This document shows positions 7,613 through 17,800 of a DNA stretch of 64,000 nucleotides, piece by piece. Location of the stretch: NCBI GenBank assembly GCA_046350775.1, contig JAXLZS010000001.1, forward strand, positions 287,930-351,929, written 5' to 3'. The notes beneath the pieces are model-generated. The model was not told the DNA's origin. It worked only from the letters and a program-made list of their open reading frames with translations, and did not search any database. Position 1 is the stretch's first letter, and each line of letters opens with the position of its first letter. Source of the DNA: Minisyncoccota bacterium (lineage in GTDB: Bacteria > Patescibacteriota > Minisyncoccia > Phycocordibacterales > UBA5272). Both the position numbers and the translations under genes were made by a program.

Positions 7613-9796
7613 TTATTTTGCTACTAAACTTCTCGCACTGACCCAGGCTTTTTTCCCGAGCGCTTTAAACAATCCTCCAACAACTTCAATTATATTCCAG
7701 CCAGTATTTAAGTATCTGGTCACTATAGATCCGACGGCTTCACCTATAGCTCCCGACCAATTTTTATTGGAGATAATACCATCCTTTATACCTTTCAAAA
7801 AATTACCAAATAAAGCATCCCCGATAATAGTCAATGATTTATTGCCAACCTTACCAATATCTTTTTCAAGACTTGCATTTAATTCTTCATATTTCTTTTT
7901 TAGTTCGGGACTGTTGAGACGGTCGTCTCTTTTTTTAAGTCCTTCTCTAGTACCATTCCAAAGCCATCTCCAAAATCCCTCCTTTTCTTTTTTGTCATTC
8001 TTTTTCTCTTCTCTTTTGTCACCTCTTTCGTTTTGTTCTTTTTTTTGATCACCGCCCAGATATTTATTAACTATCTCGAGTACTCTGTCATCAACATTTT
8101 GTTCATGGCCTCTATGGTCTTGAGAAGATTCTCTGACTGGACTACTCTCTGGAGAACCAGTTTCAAAATTTTTAATTTCTCCTAAATCTGGGGCAGTAGT
8201 TCTACTTGAAGACTCCGACCTTACAGGGTGAGATTGTGGCTCGTTTACATCTACAACTTTAATACTCTCTACAAATTTATTTAAATCCTTATATTCTTGT
8301 TTTGTAGGTTGAGGTATTAATTTTTCAATTGAGCTATGAGGCATTGACTTATTTTTATCCACCTTTTCATTTCTGGGTCTAGAATTGCCCATTTGAGGAA
8401 GTACTACATCTATGATTGGTTTTAATGGTTCTTGCGCCAGATTGGCCTGTACCGCGACTGGATCTTTATTGGCTTCCTGTAAAATTCCATCTTTATCAAC
8501 ATGAAAATCTTCTCCCGATAAGTCATTTTCAACTTTATCTCCAGATAGACTTTTCGGTTTTTTATCTTTTTCAAAAAGATCTTTTCTGGATTCATTATAA
8601 TCTTGTATCTGTTTTTTAATATGATTATATTCTTTTTGTAATTCTTCTTTGCCGTCTTCTTGTGAATTATTTATATCTTCTGCGACATAATTTAAATCTT
8701 GAATTATATCAGAAATATCTTCACCACGATTCATTTTGTTTATTATTTCTAAATCTATTTTTTTAAATCTATCAGATAGTTTTGGCTGTTTTGGAGCATT
8801 TAGAACCTTTTCCATGTTTTGTGAAAGCATATTGGAAATATTTTCTCTTTGCAGATCTGACACATGTTGATCTAAAGTTTTCTTTTGTACTTTTTCTTTT
8901 TTAGACTCTGGTTTTTTATTTTCTTTTTTGTCTTCAGACGCTGGAACTGGATCAGGTCTTGTTTCAGTATTATTACGTCTATGTATTTCCATTTCAATAC
9001 TTGCAAATTCACTTTGTAAAAAAGCTTTCGTTTTTGGATTATCAAGGTTTTGAATTCTTAAACCAAAATTATTAAGATCCGTTAAAAAACCAGAGACCTT
9101 CTTCCCTTCAGGGAGTCTTCTTATCTTGGCAGAAAAATTATAAAAATCTTTTAACAATTTCTCCTCTTCTTTAGTATATTCTTGAGTTTTTATTTCCTGT
9201 TTTACTTCCGGCACTGGAGCTGGTTCTGGTTGATTTTTTTCAATTTCTTGAGTCTCTGGTTTTTGAGGAGAAGTGTTTTTTTCTTTATTTAATTCAGCTA
9301 ATCTGCCATGTAAAGCGTGAGCAGATTCAAAATCATCACTAGTACCAACCTTATTGTTTGGGGTTTTATCTTTTTCTGTTTCCCCTCTTAGCCATTCAAT
9401 CTCAGTTCTTTTATGATGAAAATTACCAATTTTGAAATCTCTACTAAAATTTAAACCTTGATCATCTAATTCTTTTATTTTTGTCCTAAGAGACTCATTT
9501 GATTTATTTCTTACTGTTCGGCCATTTTTAGATTCTGAAACAAAATCGCTGCCTATAGAGTCGTTTTTATCTTTTCTATTATTTTCTGCCGCTAATTTAT
9601 CATGTAAAGCCTGAGCAGATTCAAAATCATCCCTAGTACCGATTGAATTGGTTTTTACAATATCGTATTTTTCTCTGCCTTTTCTTAGCTTTTCAGGATT
9701 GTTTAAATAAGGATTTTTTCCTTTTAGTCTGTTAATCATTTTCTTTCCCTGTTCTATTTTTGATCCTGATCCTGGTTGAGCTCCTAATGATGACAT
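7613..9796 (-). CDS. large, highly charged (K/E/D-rich), low-complexity protein with internal repeats and a Gly-rich amphipathic/hydrophobic C-terminal segment; unknown function
   Basis: 727 aa. Two homologous segments (IGTRDDFESAQALHDKLA... / VGTSDDFESAHALHGRLA...) match ~40-bp DNA direct repeats near 9330-9370 and 9600-9640. The C-terminus reads GDALFGNFLKGIKDGIISNKNWSGAIGEAVGSIVTRYLNTGWNIIEVVGGLFKALG. There is no N-terminal signal peptide. Confidence 0.55.
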   Translation of the reverse strand: MSSLGAQPGSGSKIEQGKKMINRLKGKNPYLNNPEKLRKGREKYDIVKTNSIGTRDDFESAQALHDKLAAENNRKDKNDSIGSDFVSESKNGRTVRNKSNESLRTKIKELDDQGLNFSRDFKIGNFHHKRTEIEWLRGETEKDKTPNNKVGTSDDFESAHALHGRLAELNKEKNTSPQKPETQEIEKNQPEPAPVPEVKQEIKTQEYTKEEEKLLKDFYNFSAKIRRLPEGKKVSGFLTDLNNFGLRIQNLDNPKTKAFLQSEFASIEMEIHRRNNTETRPDPVPASEDKKENKKPESKKEKVQKKTLDQHVSDLQRENISNMLSQNMEKVLNAPKQPKLSDRFKKIDLEIINKMNRGEDISDIIQDLNYVAEDINNSQEDGKEELQKEYNHIKKQIQDYNESRKDLFEKDKKPKSLSGDKVENDLSGEDFHVDKDGILQEANKDPVAVQANLAQEPLKPIIDVVLPQMGNSRPRNEKVDKNKSMPHSSIEKLIPQPTKQEYKDLNKFVESIKVVDVNEPQSHPVRSESSSRTTAPDLGEIKNFETGSPESSPVRESSQDHRGHEQNVDDRVLEIVNKYLGGDQKKEQNERGDKREEKKNDKKEKEGFWRWLWNGTREGLKKRDDRLNSPELKKKYEELNASLEKDIGKVGNKSLTIIGDALFGNFLKGIKDGIISNKNWSGAIGEAVGSIVTRYLNTGWNIIEVVGGLFKALGKKAWVSARSLVAK

Positions 9797-10014
9797 AATT
9801 TTATTATATTAATAATATTATACACCAAAATATAGGACTTTTTTGGTAATCCACAGAATTAGGCTAAAGTTGTAATATGTGTTATTATGTGTATTAAGTA
9901 AGTCGCTCTCACTTGTATCAATAAAAATTGTGTCTTGGGAAAAAGTTGTGCTTACGAATTATAAAATTAATTATAATTCTAAATAAAAATAAATATTGTT
10001 TAGAAAAAAATAAA

Positions 10015-10299
10015 ATGCAAAATAATAAGTTATATGTTGGTGGTATCCCTTACGCATCAACAGCAGAAGATTTAAAAAACTACTTCTCTCAAGCTGGTGA
10101 AGTCAAAGACGCTATGATTATCATGGACAAAATGACTCGCCGCTCAAAAGGTTTTGGATTCGTAGAAATGGCAGACGCTGAAAGCGCAAGCAAAGCTATC
10201 TCAATGTTCCATGATAAAGAGTACGAAGGAAGAAAATTGACTGTCAATCTAGCTCGTCCTATGGAAAAGTCAGAAGATAGACCAAGAAGAAACTTCTAA
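10015..10299 (+). CDS. RRM-type RNA-binding protein (glycine-poor, single RRM)
   Basis: RNP-2 LYVGGI and RNP-1 KGFGFVEM. The ORF track starts at 9928, but the in-frame ATG at 10015 (MQNNKLYVGG) is the likely start. Confidence 0.8.
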   Translation: MQNNKLYVGGIPYASTAEDLKNYFSQAGEVKDAMIIMDKMTRRSKGFGFVEMADAESASKAISMFHDKEYEGRKLTVNLARPMEKSEDRPRRNF

Positions 10300-10314
10300 T
10301 TAATCTTCAATATA

Positions 10315-10345
10315 AAAACTCCACACTATGTGGAGTTTTTATATT
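10315..10345. terminator. bidirectional rho-independent terminator between convergent genes
   Basis: AAAACTCCACA-CTA-TGTGGAGTTTT hairpin flanked by A- and T-runs. Confidence 0.75.
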
Positions 10346-11081
10346 ATTTATCCCAACCTTTTTTGATTATCGCAGCTTTGGCTGCATTTGTTTCGGCTTC
10401 TTGCTTACTTTTTCCTTCACCTTCAGCTATTCTTTTCTCTCCAAAATAGATAGCAATGATAAATTTTTTATCATGATCTGGTCCAGACTCAGATACCACT
10501 CTGTAGCTCGGGGTGACTGACAATATATCTTGAGACTTTTCTTGCACCATAGATTTTGCGTCTTTATATTTTCCTTCTTCGATAATCTTATCAGTATGAA
10601 TAAGTAATGTCTTTTCAATAAAATCTTTTGCAAATTCATAACCTTTGTCTAAAAATATCGCCCCAATAAATGATTCATAAGTATCTGCTAGTATAGAAAG
10701 TCTCGCCTTTCCAAAGTCCTTACTTTCACCTTTTGATAAAAATAGATAATCATTAAAATTTAAATCTTTAGCGATACCGCTTATAGTCTTAGTATTTACA
10801 AGTGCTGCTCGATAAGCTGTCAATTCCCCCTCTGCCAGATCTGTAAATTTATGATAAAGATAATTTGTAGAAGCCAATTCTAGTACAGCATCACCCAAAA
10901 ACTCGAGTCTTTCATTGTGGCCCAATTTTGATCCAGAGCTTTCATTGATATATGATCTATGGATAAAAGCTTGAATTAATAGATTTTTATTATTAAAATT
11001 AATGCCTAAATCTTTTTCTAAGACACTAAAATCTTTTTCATTTTTTACTTCTTTAGTCTTTTTGGTTTTATTTATGTTCAT
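10344..11081 (-). CDS. rnc: ribonuclease III
   Basis: RNase III signature ERLEFLGDAVLEL and a C-terminal dsRBD. The start could instead be at 11114; either way it overlaps the upstream nusB-nudix gene. Confidence 0.85.
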   Translation of the reverse strand: MNINKTKKTKEVKNEKDFSVLEKDLGINFNNKNLLIQAFIHRSYINESSGSKLGHNERLEFLGDAVLELASTNYLYHKFTDLAEGELTAYRAALVNTKTISGIAKDLNFNDYLFLSKGESKDFGKARLSILADTYESFIGAIFLDKGYEFAKDFIEKTLLIHTDKIIEEGKYKDAKSMVQEKSQDILSVTPSYRVVSESGPDHDKKFIIAIYFGEKRIAEGEGKSKQEAETNAAKAAIIKKGWDK

Positions 11082-12000
11082 AATTCTGATTAATCTTTTC
11101 GAGGCCTGAGGCAATTATTGGCTTTATATCATCATAAATCTTTAATCCATCTATCTGATCAAGAGAAAACCATTTTGCCTCAGTGAGACCAGTATTTTCT
11201 TTTTCTAAGACGAGTGGCTCGTGAGATGCTTCTGCCAAGAAATAAGAAACATGCTTTTTAACTTTTTCTGGAGCCTGATTCTTTTCTTCTTCAGATATCT
11301 CTTCTGGCTTTTTCGCATTAGCTATATAAGTATTCTCACTCAATTTATCTTTTATTACGACATTTACACCTATTTCTTCTTTAATTTTTCTGACTGCTCC
11401 TACACGAAGATCTTCCTCTGGCATCAATTTTCCTTTTGGGAGAGTCCAATGCTTAAAAATATCTTTTACAAAAGCAATAAAAACTTGTCCGTTGTAGACA
11501 GAATATACCATACCACCAGCCAGATTGACAGTCTCTAAATTATTTTTTTTTTGACTAGATTCTTCTTTTCTAGGCTCACCCATTTCTTTGTATATAGATC
11601 CAAGTACTCCGTTTACAAATTTGTGAGAGTTCACGCTGCTGTAGTTTTTAGCTAGCTCTATAGCCTCATCAATCGCAACTTTTGGTGGCACAATATCACC
11701 ATTAAAAAGTAATTCAGCAAGACCAAGACGAAGAATATTTCTATCCATAGTATTTATCTTGTCGAGTGGCCACTCTGGTGCCGCACGAGAAATAATATCA
11801 TCAAGAGTGGAAACTCTCTCTTGAATAGTAGTCAGTAGGTTAAAAATAAATCCATCATCCTCCCCTTCTGCGAATTCATTTATTTGTCTTTGGATCATTT
11901 TTTGTAGTCCTTCTTTATTGATATTTAGATTATCATTTACATCTAATTCAAAAAGAATTTGAAGAACTATACCTCTAGCTAAATGTCTATTTATATTCAT
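11068..12000 (-). CDS. fusion protein: N-terminal NusB-like antitermination domain plus C-terminal Nudix hydrolase domain
   Basis: N-terminal ARGIVLQILFELD...DRNILRLGLAELLF is NusB-like. The C-terminus carries the Nudix box GKLMPEEDLRVGAVRKIKEEIGV (Gx5Ex7R[EK]UxEExGU). Confidence 0.7.
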   Translation of the reverse strand: MNINRHLARGIVLQILFELDVNDNLNINKEGLQKMIQRQINEFAEGEDDGFIFNLLTTIQERVSTLDDIISRAAPEWPLDKINTMDRNILRLGLAELLFNGDIVPPKVAIDEAIELAKNYSSVNSHKFVNGVLGSIYKEMGEPRKEESSQKKNNLETVNLAGGMVYSVYNGQVFIAFVKDIFKHWTLPKGKLMPEEDLRVGAVRKIKEEIGVNVVIKDKLSENTYIANAKKPEEISEEEKNQAPEKVKKHVSYFLAEASHEPLVLEKENTGLTEAKWFSLDQIDGLKIYDDIKPIIASGLEKINQNYEHK

Positions 12001-12091
12001 AATTTTATTTTACTAAAGAAATTATAACATGAAAATTTTAGGAAAAATAAAAACCACAAGATTTTTGTGGATTTTATTGCTAAGATTTTGA

Positions 12092-12283
12092 TTATTTAGC
12101 TACAGTTTTAGCCTTTACTTTTCTGACAACTTTACCTTTGTACATTCCACAAGCATCACATGCTGTGTGTGAGTGAATCATAGCTCCACAATTTGGGCAG
12201 CCTTGTAAATTGGCCGCTTTTAGAGCGTGATGACTTCTTCTGTTTGCTGTGTGAGCTCTTGTATGTCTCATTCTTACTACCAT
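12092..12283 (-). CDS. rpmF: 50S ribosomal protein L32
   Basis: 63 aa with RRSHHAL and a Cys4 zinc ribbon (CPNCG...CDACG). Confidence 0.85.
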   Translation of the reverse strand: MVVRMRHTRAHTANRRSHHALKAANLQGCPNCGAMIHSHTACDACGMYKGKVVRKVKAKTVAK

Positions 12284-12360
12284 AAATTTTGATTTATATT
12301 ATCTATAAATAATAACATTTTTAGCTCTTTTTTGCAAATAATAAAAGATCCTTCATTATA

Positions 12361-13488
12361 CTAATGAATTATGTTTAAAGTCTTAACTAAATCTTCTAAT
12401 GATTGAGTATAGCCACCGCCACTAATATTAAACTTAATAAAACCAATACCTCTTATAGGTACTATTAAAGTCTCCCATCTCCCTGTGCCTCTAAAAACAG
12501 TTAGCGGATTTCCTGAATTTGTATAATACGTTTTTGAAAAATATGAAATTGAAGAAGTCGCCCAACTTCCATCCATCTCACTTTGTGCATATACCATATA
12601 CGAATTTGAATTTTTATCATAAGAGTATGTTATGCCGCCAAATTTTGCATCACTGTCAGTTATAGAATTTCCAGATACATAACTTATGTTAATAGTATCC
12701 CCTGCCCATTGTCCTTTGATTTGAGTTAAAATAATTTTATTAAGATTATTAGTGGTAATACTCCAGTCTGATGTTTTTGAAAATGATACATTCCATTCTG
12801 GTTTTGAAATCAAGTTATTATTTGTTTGTTTAACTGGTGGAGTCAAAGTTTCTACTACTTGATTTGGGTCTAGTGATCTTACAGAATCTAATACATTATT
12901 CCAATATGTTTGTGATTGAGGAGAATATTGTTTTAAAATACTATAGACAAAATCACCAATCTTTATAAATCTCTGTTCTGTGTTATTTGCACACCCTGAG
13001 CCAGAAAGACATCCTGCTATATTTTTTTGATAATATGAATAAGGTATAACTTGTACAAATGCTGCTTGGACATAACATTTTCCATTATCTGAAGTTTCAT
13101 TTAGTTCGGTACATGGGAATCTTCCATCTGGAACATTAATACTGAAACTTTCCAGCTTGGTGCCAGCAACTGATTCTTGATTACGGACAACCTTATAATC
13201 TGTAACATCGCTAGGCAATGTAAATTGAATTCCTAATTCTTTATTTATATAGACATTAGCAGATGAATTATTAGCGTCAACATTCTGATTATTATTTTGA
13301 TTTGTTGAATTTAAAATAATAGTACTAGAAGCAAAAATGGAACCAAGAGTAACTGGAGTATTTTGGATTGTAGATGAATTTAGATCATCCTTTTTTATTA
13401 AAGAATTATATTTATAAGCCATGACACCAAAACCAACAATAGCTATGACTGCTATTATAGATAAAATAGAAATTAAACTTTTTTTCAT
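12361..13488 (-). CDS. secreted/membrane-anchored protein (N-terminal TM signal anchor), Asn/Ser/Thr-rich, unknown function
   Basis: N-terminal KKSLISILSIIAVIAIVGFGVMA; no catalytic motifs recognised. Confidence 0.45.
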   Translation of the reverse strand: MKKSLISILSIIAVIAIVGFGVMAYKYNSLIKKDDLNSSTIQNTPVTLGSIFASSTIILNSTNQNNNQNVDANNSSANVYINKELGIQFTLPSDVTDYKVVRNQESVAGTKLESFSINVPDGRFPCTELNETSDNGKCYVQAAFVQVIPYSYYQKNIAGCLSGSGCANNTEQRFIKIGDFVYSILKQYSPQSQTYWNNVLDSVRSLDPNQVVETLTPPVKQTNNNLISKPEWNVSFSKTSDWSITTNNLNKIILTQIKGQWAGDTINISYVSGNSITDSDAKFGGITYSYDKNSNSYMVYAQSEMDGSWATSSISYFSKTYYTNSGNPLTVFRGTGRWETLIVPIRGIGFIKFNISGGGYTQSLEDLVKTLNIIH

Positions 13489-13529
13489 AAATTTGTTTTT
13501 TAATATTAATAAATTAATTATACACCTTT

Positions 13530-14078
13530 TTAAAAAATTAAAATTTTCACAAAAAAAACAGGGCCAGAGGTCCTGTTTTGCAAAGTCTTTTTCTTCAGCT
13601 CCCTTAAGAGAGTTTCTATTAAAAACTTTTTCCTTTCATCCCAAAGCTTTTGAGCTTTTTCTGAGGATGCCATACCCATAATTATTGTAGGCTTAGCATT
13701 CTTAGACATCTCATAATCATCATCCTCAAGCCATTGACTAACAATTTCTCCACCATTAGTGTCGCCGGCATAGAAAATCTCGGCATCCGGGTCAAGATAA
13801 ATCAGATATTTCTTGGTCTCATTTGAAAATACAAGACGTCCTTGAAATATGTATGCCTTGACCTTTTCCTTTTCGGGGGTAAAAAATACAATGCTATCGC
13901 CCATGTTTTTAGCTATCCAAACAATTGTGTCGTTCGGAATAATAGGTGCCGGCTCCCTTGTGTAAGGTTGGTCCTGGAAAGGATTTACTTCACTTGCCTC
14001 TACAGGCTTTTCTTGTGAACGGCAGGAAAAAATGAAAATTACAAAAACAAAAAACAAAAAAATGTTCCTCATGATCAA
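13530..14078 (-). CDS. putative lipoprotein / secreted protein of unknown function
   Basis: Signal peptide with lipobox-like FIFSC. Confidence 0.45.
   Translation of the reverse strand: MIMRNIFLFFVFVIFIFSCRSQEKPVEASEVNPFQDQPYTREPAPIIPNDTIVWIAKNMGDSIVFFTPEKEKVKAYIFQGRLVFSNETKKYLIYLDPDAEIFYAGDTNGGEIVSQWLEDDDYEMSKNAKPTIIMGMASSEKAQKLWDERKKFLIETLLRELKKKTLQNRTSGPVFFVKILIF
13550..13585 (-). terminator. rho-independent terminator (minus strand) overlapping the last codons of the 13530-14078 ORF
   Basis: The minus strand reads AAAACAGGACCTCTGGCCCTG followed by TTTTTTTT. Confidence 0.55.
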
Positions 14079-14195
14079 AATTTTTAGAGGGTTAATAAGA
14101 AATACATTCCTATACTATATTAACACAAAAACATTATTATTGTCAAACTTAATATAAAAAATGCTGCACAAATAGCGCAGCATTTTACAATTTCT

Positions 14196-14678
14196 TTACA
14201 ACACAAACGATATTTCTGTGTTTGAAGCTGGAACTATTTCACCAATATTGGTGGAAATAGTTCTGATCTTAAATACAACCTTCACACCAGGTATGTACCC
14301 ATTGGTACGTGATAATGTTGAAATCCTCACGTTAAAAGGAATAGTACTTTCACCAGGCTGAAGTATTTTATTCAGCACCACAGACAAATCATCTGTAAAT
14401 GTTGTCCATGTTCCAGAATTTACGAACCGATAAGAGATTCCAGAAAAAATACTACCGGTTGCTGTTTGTAAATTCACAGAATACACAGTGATATTTTGGT
14501 TGGAAGGATTCCAAACGGAATAGCTTCCAACTATCACTGTATCACTCGGACCAATTTGTCCGATGTTGTAATTAGGAGAGGTATTAATGTCCACCCGTGA
14601 TGGAACATTTTCTTTTTTACAAGAAATTAAAAATAAAGAAATTGTAACTGTAACAAGGAACAAAAAATACTTTTTCAT
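14196..14678 (-). CDS. putative lipoprotein of unknown function
   Basis: Signal peptide with lipobox LFLISC. Confidence 0.45.
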   Translation of the reverse strand: MKKYFLFLVTVTISLFLISCKKENVPSRVDINTSPNYNIGQIGPSDTVIVGSYSVWNPSNQNITVYSVNLQTATGSIFSGISYRFVNSGTWTTFTDDLSVVLNKILQPGESTIPFNVRISTLSRTNGYIPGVKVVFKIRTISTNIGEIVPASNTEISFVL

Positions 14679-14718
14679 GACTGTTTTGTTTGTATTGTTT
14701 TAAAAATAAGATTTCTAG

Positions 14719-14734
14719 ATACTATATATAGTAT
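14719..14734. promoter_or_regulatory. perfect 16-bp palindrome ATACTATATATAGTAT in the divergent promoter region upstream of dnaE
   Basis: Read directly. It matches 14 of 16 positions of the NrdR-box consensus acaCwAtATaTwGtgt as I remember it. Confidence 0.4.
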
Positions 14735-14844
14735 AGCATATTGATATATATTTGTCAATATATAAAATAATATGTTAAAATTAATTATCTTTATAATTTA
14801 TTTTATTAAAGTATTCAATTTATTTGGATTAAAACTTTAAATTT

Positions 14845-17800
14845 ATGCAAAATGAAACTCTAGAAAATGAGGCAAAAACAAAAGAAATTACTGAGCAAGA
14901 AACTCCTTTTATTCATCTTCGCACTCACTCCCACTACTCCATCCTCAAATCCCTACCCCAAATCAAGCAGCTGGTAAAAAAAGCTTTGGAATTCAAAATG
15001 CCTTATCTCGCTCTGACTGATTACAACAACATGTATGGAGCTATAGAATTTTATAAAGCCTGCAAAGATAAAAATATTAAGCCAATACTCGGAGCAGAGA
15101 TAGATTTCAGAACAGAAAATAATCTAAAGAAAAAATATAAATTAGTCTTTCTGGCAAAAAATGAAAAAGGATACAAATCTCTCATGAAGCTGGTATCTCT
15201 GGCTCAGATAAAAGATAGACTTGATCCACATGTAGATTTAAAGATGCTAAGAGAAAATTTTAATCAAGACTCTGGTCTTGTGGTATTGTCAGGAGCTCAA
15301 GACGGAGAGATATCAGACTCTTTGGCTCGTGCTGATTTTGATGGAGCTAAAAAAATCTTGGAAAATTTTGAAAATATTTTTGGAGAAGATGGTTTTTATC
15401 TTGAATTATCACCTCAAAATAATTTTGACTATGCGGAAGAAATAAAAGAAAATACTATAAAATTTGTAAAAGATATAACAAAAAAAGAAAAGCAATTAAT
15501 CTTTACACAAAATTCTCACTATCTCACCGAGTCAGATAGAGCAGCACACAGAGTGATCTTTAATATTCATGGTGAGATAGAAGATGTAGAGCTTTATCAA
15601 AACAAATTCAACAAAGCAGACTATTCTTTTATCGATACCAAAAAAGCAAAAGAGCTGGCAAAAAAAATCGGTAGTGAAAAATATAATTTAGAAAATCAAA
15701 ATATTGATATAATTCGAAACACTTTTGATTTAGCAGAATCTTTAAAATGTGAAATCGAGCTAGGAAAGTGGCATTTTCCAGATATTGCAAAAGATTATCA
15801 AGAAGAACTGGATAAAGGAAAAACTTTAGACGACGTACTAGAAAGACTGGCGATGGAAGGTATTGAAAAAAGAAAAATAAGTGACGAAAGAAAAGATGAA
15901 GTTATAGAAAGACTCAAATACGAATTGGACATCATAAAAACTAAGGGCTATGCTCCATATTTTCTTGTGGTGTATGACATGCTCAAATACGCCTCAGACA
16001 ATGGTATCCTGACCAACATCAGAGGATCGGTGGCCGGATCAATGACTACATATCTACTTCGCATCACAAAATGCGATCCATTAATTTACCAAATTCCCTT
16101 TGAAAGATTTTTAAATCCAGAAAGACCATCAGCCCCCGACATAGACATGGACTATGCTGATGACAGAAGAGATGAAATGATCGACTATGTGAGAGGTAAA
16201 TACGGCGAAGATAATGTGGCCCAGATTGGGACTTTTGGTACCATGCTTGCAAGAGGTGCTGTAAAAGATGCAGCTCGTGCCATGAAATATCCTTACTCAC
16301 TAGGAGATAAGATCTCTAAAATGATACCAATGCCTAAGCAAGGATTTCCCGTCTTTATTGATGGAGCAATAGAAGAAGTGGAAGATTTGAAAAAGTTGTA
16401 CGAGACAGAACGTGAAGTACAAATCATACTAGACATGGCAAAACAAGTTGAAGGACTCGTTCGCCATATTGGAGTACATGCTGCCGGAGTGGTGATAGCA
16501 CCAGAAGCTATTTCCAATTACTCACCTATTCAGTGGGATCCAAAAGGCGAAGGAAAAATTATCACTCAATACGACATGCACTCTGTAGATGAAAATAATG
16601 CAGGACTTTTAAAATTCGACTTTCTAGGAATTAGAAATCTTACAATTTTAAAAACTGCTATCAATCTAGCCAAGGAAAGATATGGAGTAGAAATAGACAT
16701 AGAAGAGATAGACTTGGAAGACAAAAATACTTTTAACATACTTTCTCACGGAGAGACGATGGGACTATTCCAATTAAATGGATCAGGTATGACAAAATTC
16801 TTAAAAGATCTAAAACCTTCTACAATTTATGACATCAACGCTATGGTTGCTCTATATCGTCCTGGACCTATCAACAACATTCCGGTATACATTGAAAGAA
16901 AACATAACCCAAAATTAGTATCATATTTGTATGATGATAAAAATCTAAAAGAGATTCTAGAAAAAACTTTTGGCGTACTTGTATATCAGGACGACCTACT
17001 TTTGATGAGTATTAAAATAGCTGGATACTCTTGGGGGGAAGCTGATAAATTCCGTAAAGCGGTCGGTAAAAAAATCCCAGAAGAAATGCAAAAACAAAAA
17101 GAGAGATTTATAAATGGTTGTGTAAACCATTCAAAATGGCCACTCGCAAAAGCCGAAGAACTTTGGCATTGGATAGAGCCTTTTGCTGCTTACGGCTTTA
17201 ATAAAGCCCACTCAGCCTCATATGGTCGCGTAGCTTATCAGACAGCTTTTATGAAGGCTAACTATCCTATAGCCTTTATGACTGCCATATTGACCGAAGA
17301 GTCTGGTGACATTGATAAAATCTCAGAAATTGTCTCTGAGTGTAGAAGAATGAAAATAGAAGTATTACCACCAAATGTAAACTACTCTATGGGAGGATTT
17401 TCAATAGTAGAAAATTTAAATGATCCAAAGTATAAAGAAGCTATCAGATTTGGACTTTATACAATTAAAAATCTTGGCGGAAATATTGCTGACGCAATAA
17501 TAAACGAAAGAGAAAAAAATGGGAAATATAAAAACCTAGAAGATTTCATTGCTCGCATCACTCACAAAGATCTAAATAAAAAATCACTAGAGTCACTCAT
17601 AATGTGTGGAGCTATGGATGATTTTGGAGAAAGAAAAGAATTACTCTACAACGTAGACCATCTACTCGAATATCATAAGACACACGTCAAAGACAATAAA
17701 TCTCAAAATAATATTTTTGATATGTTTACTGACAATACTTCATCATTCACTCTCAAAAAGTGTCCCCCAGCCACACAAACAGAAAAACTAAACTGGGAAA

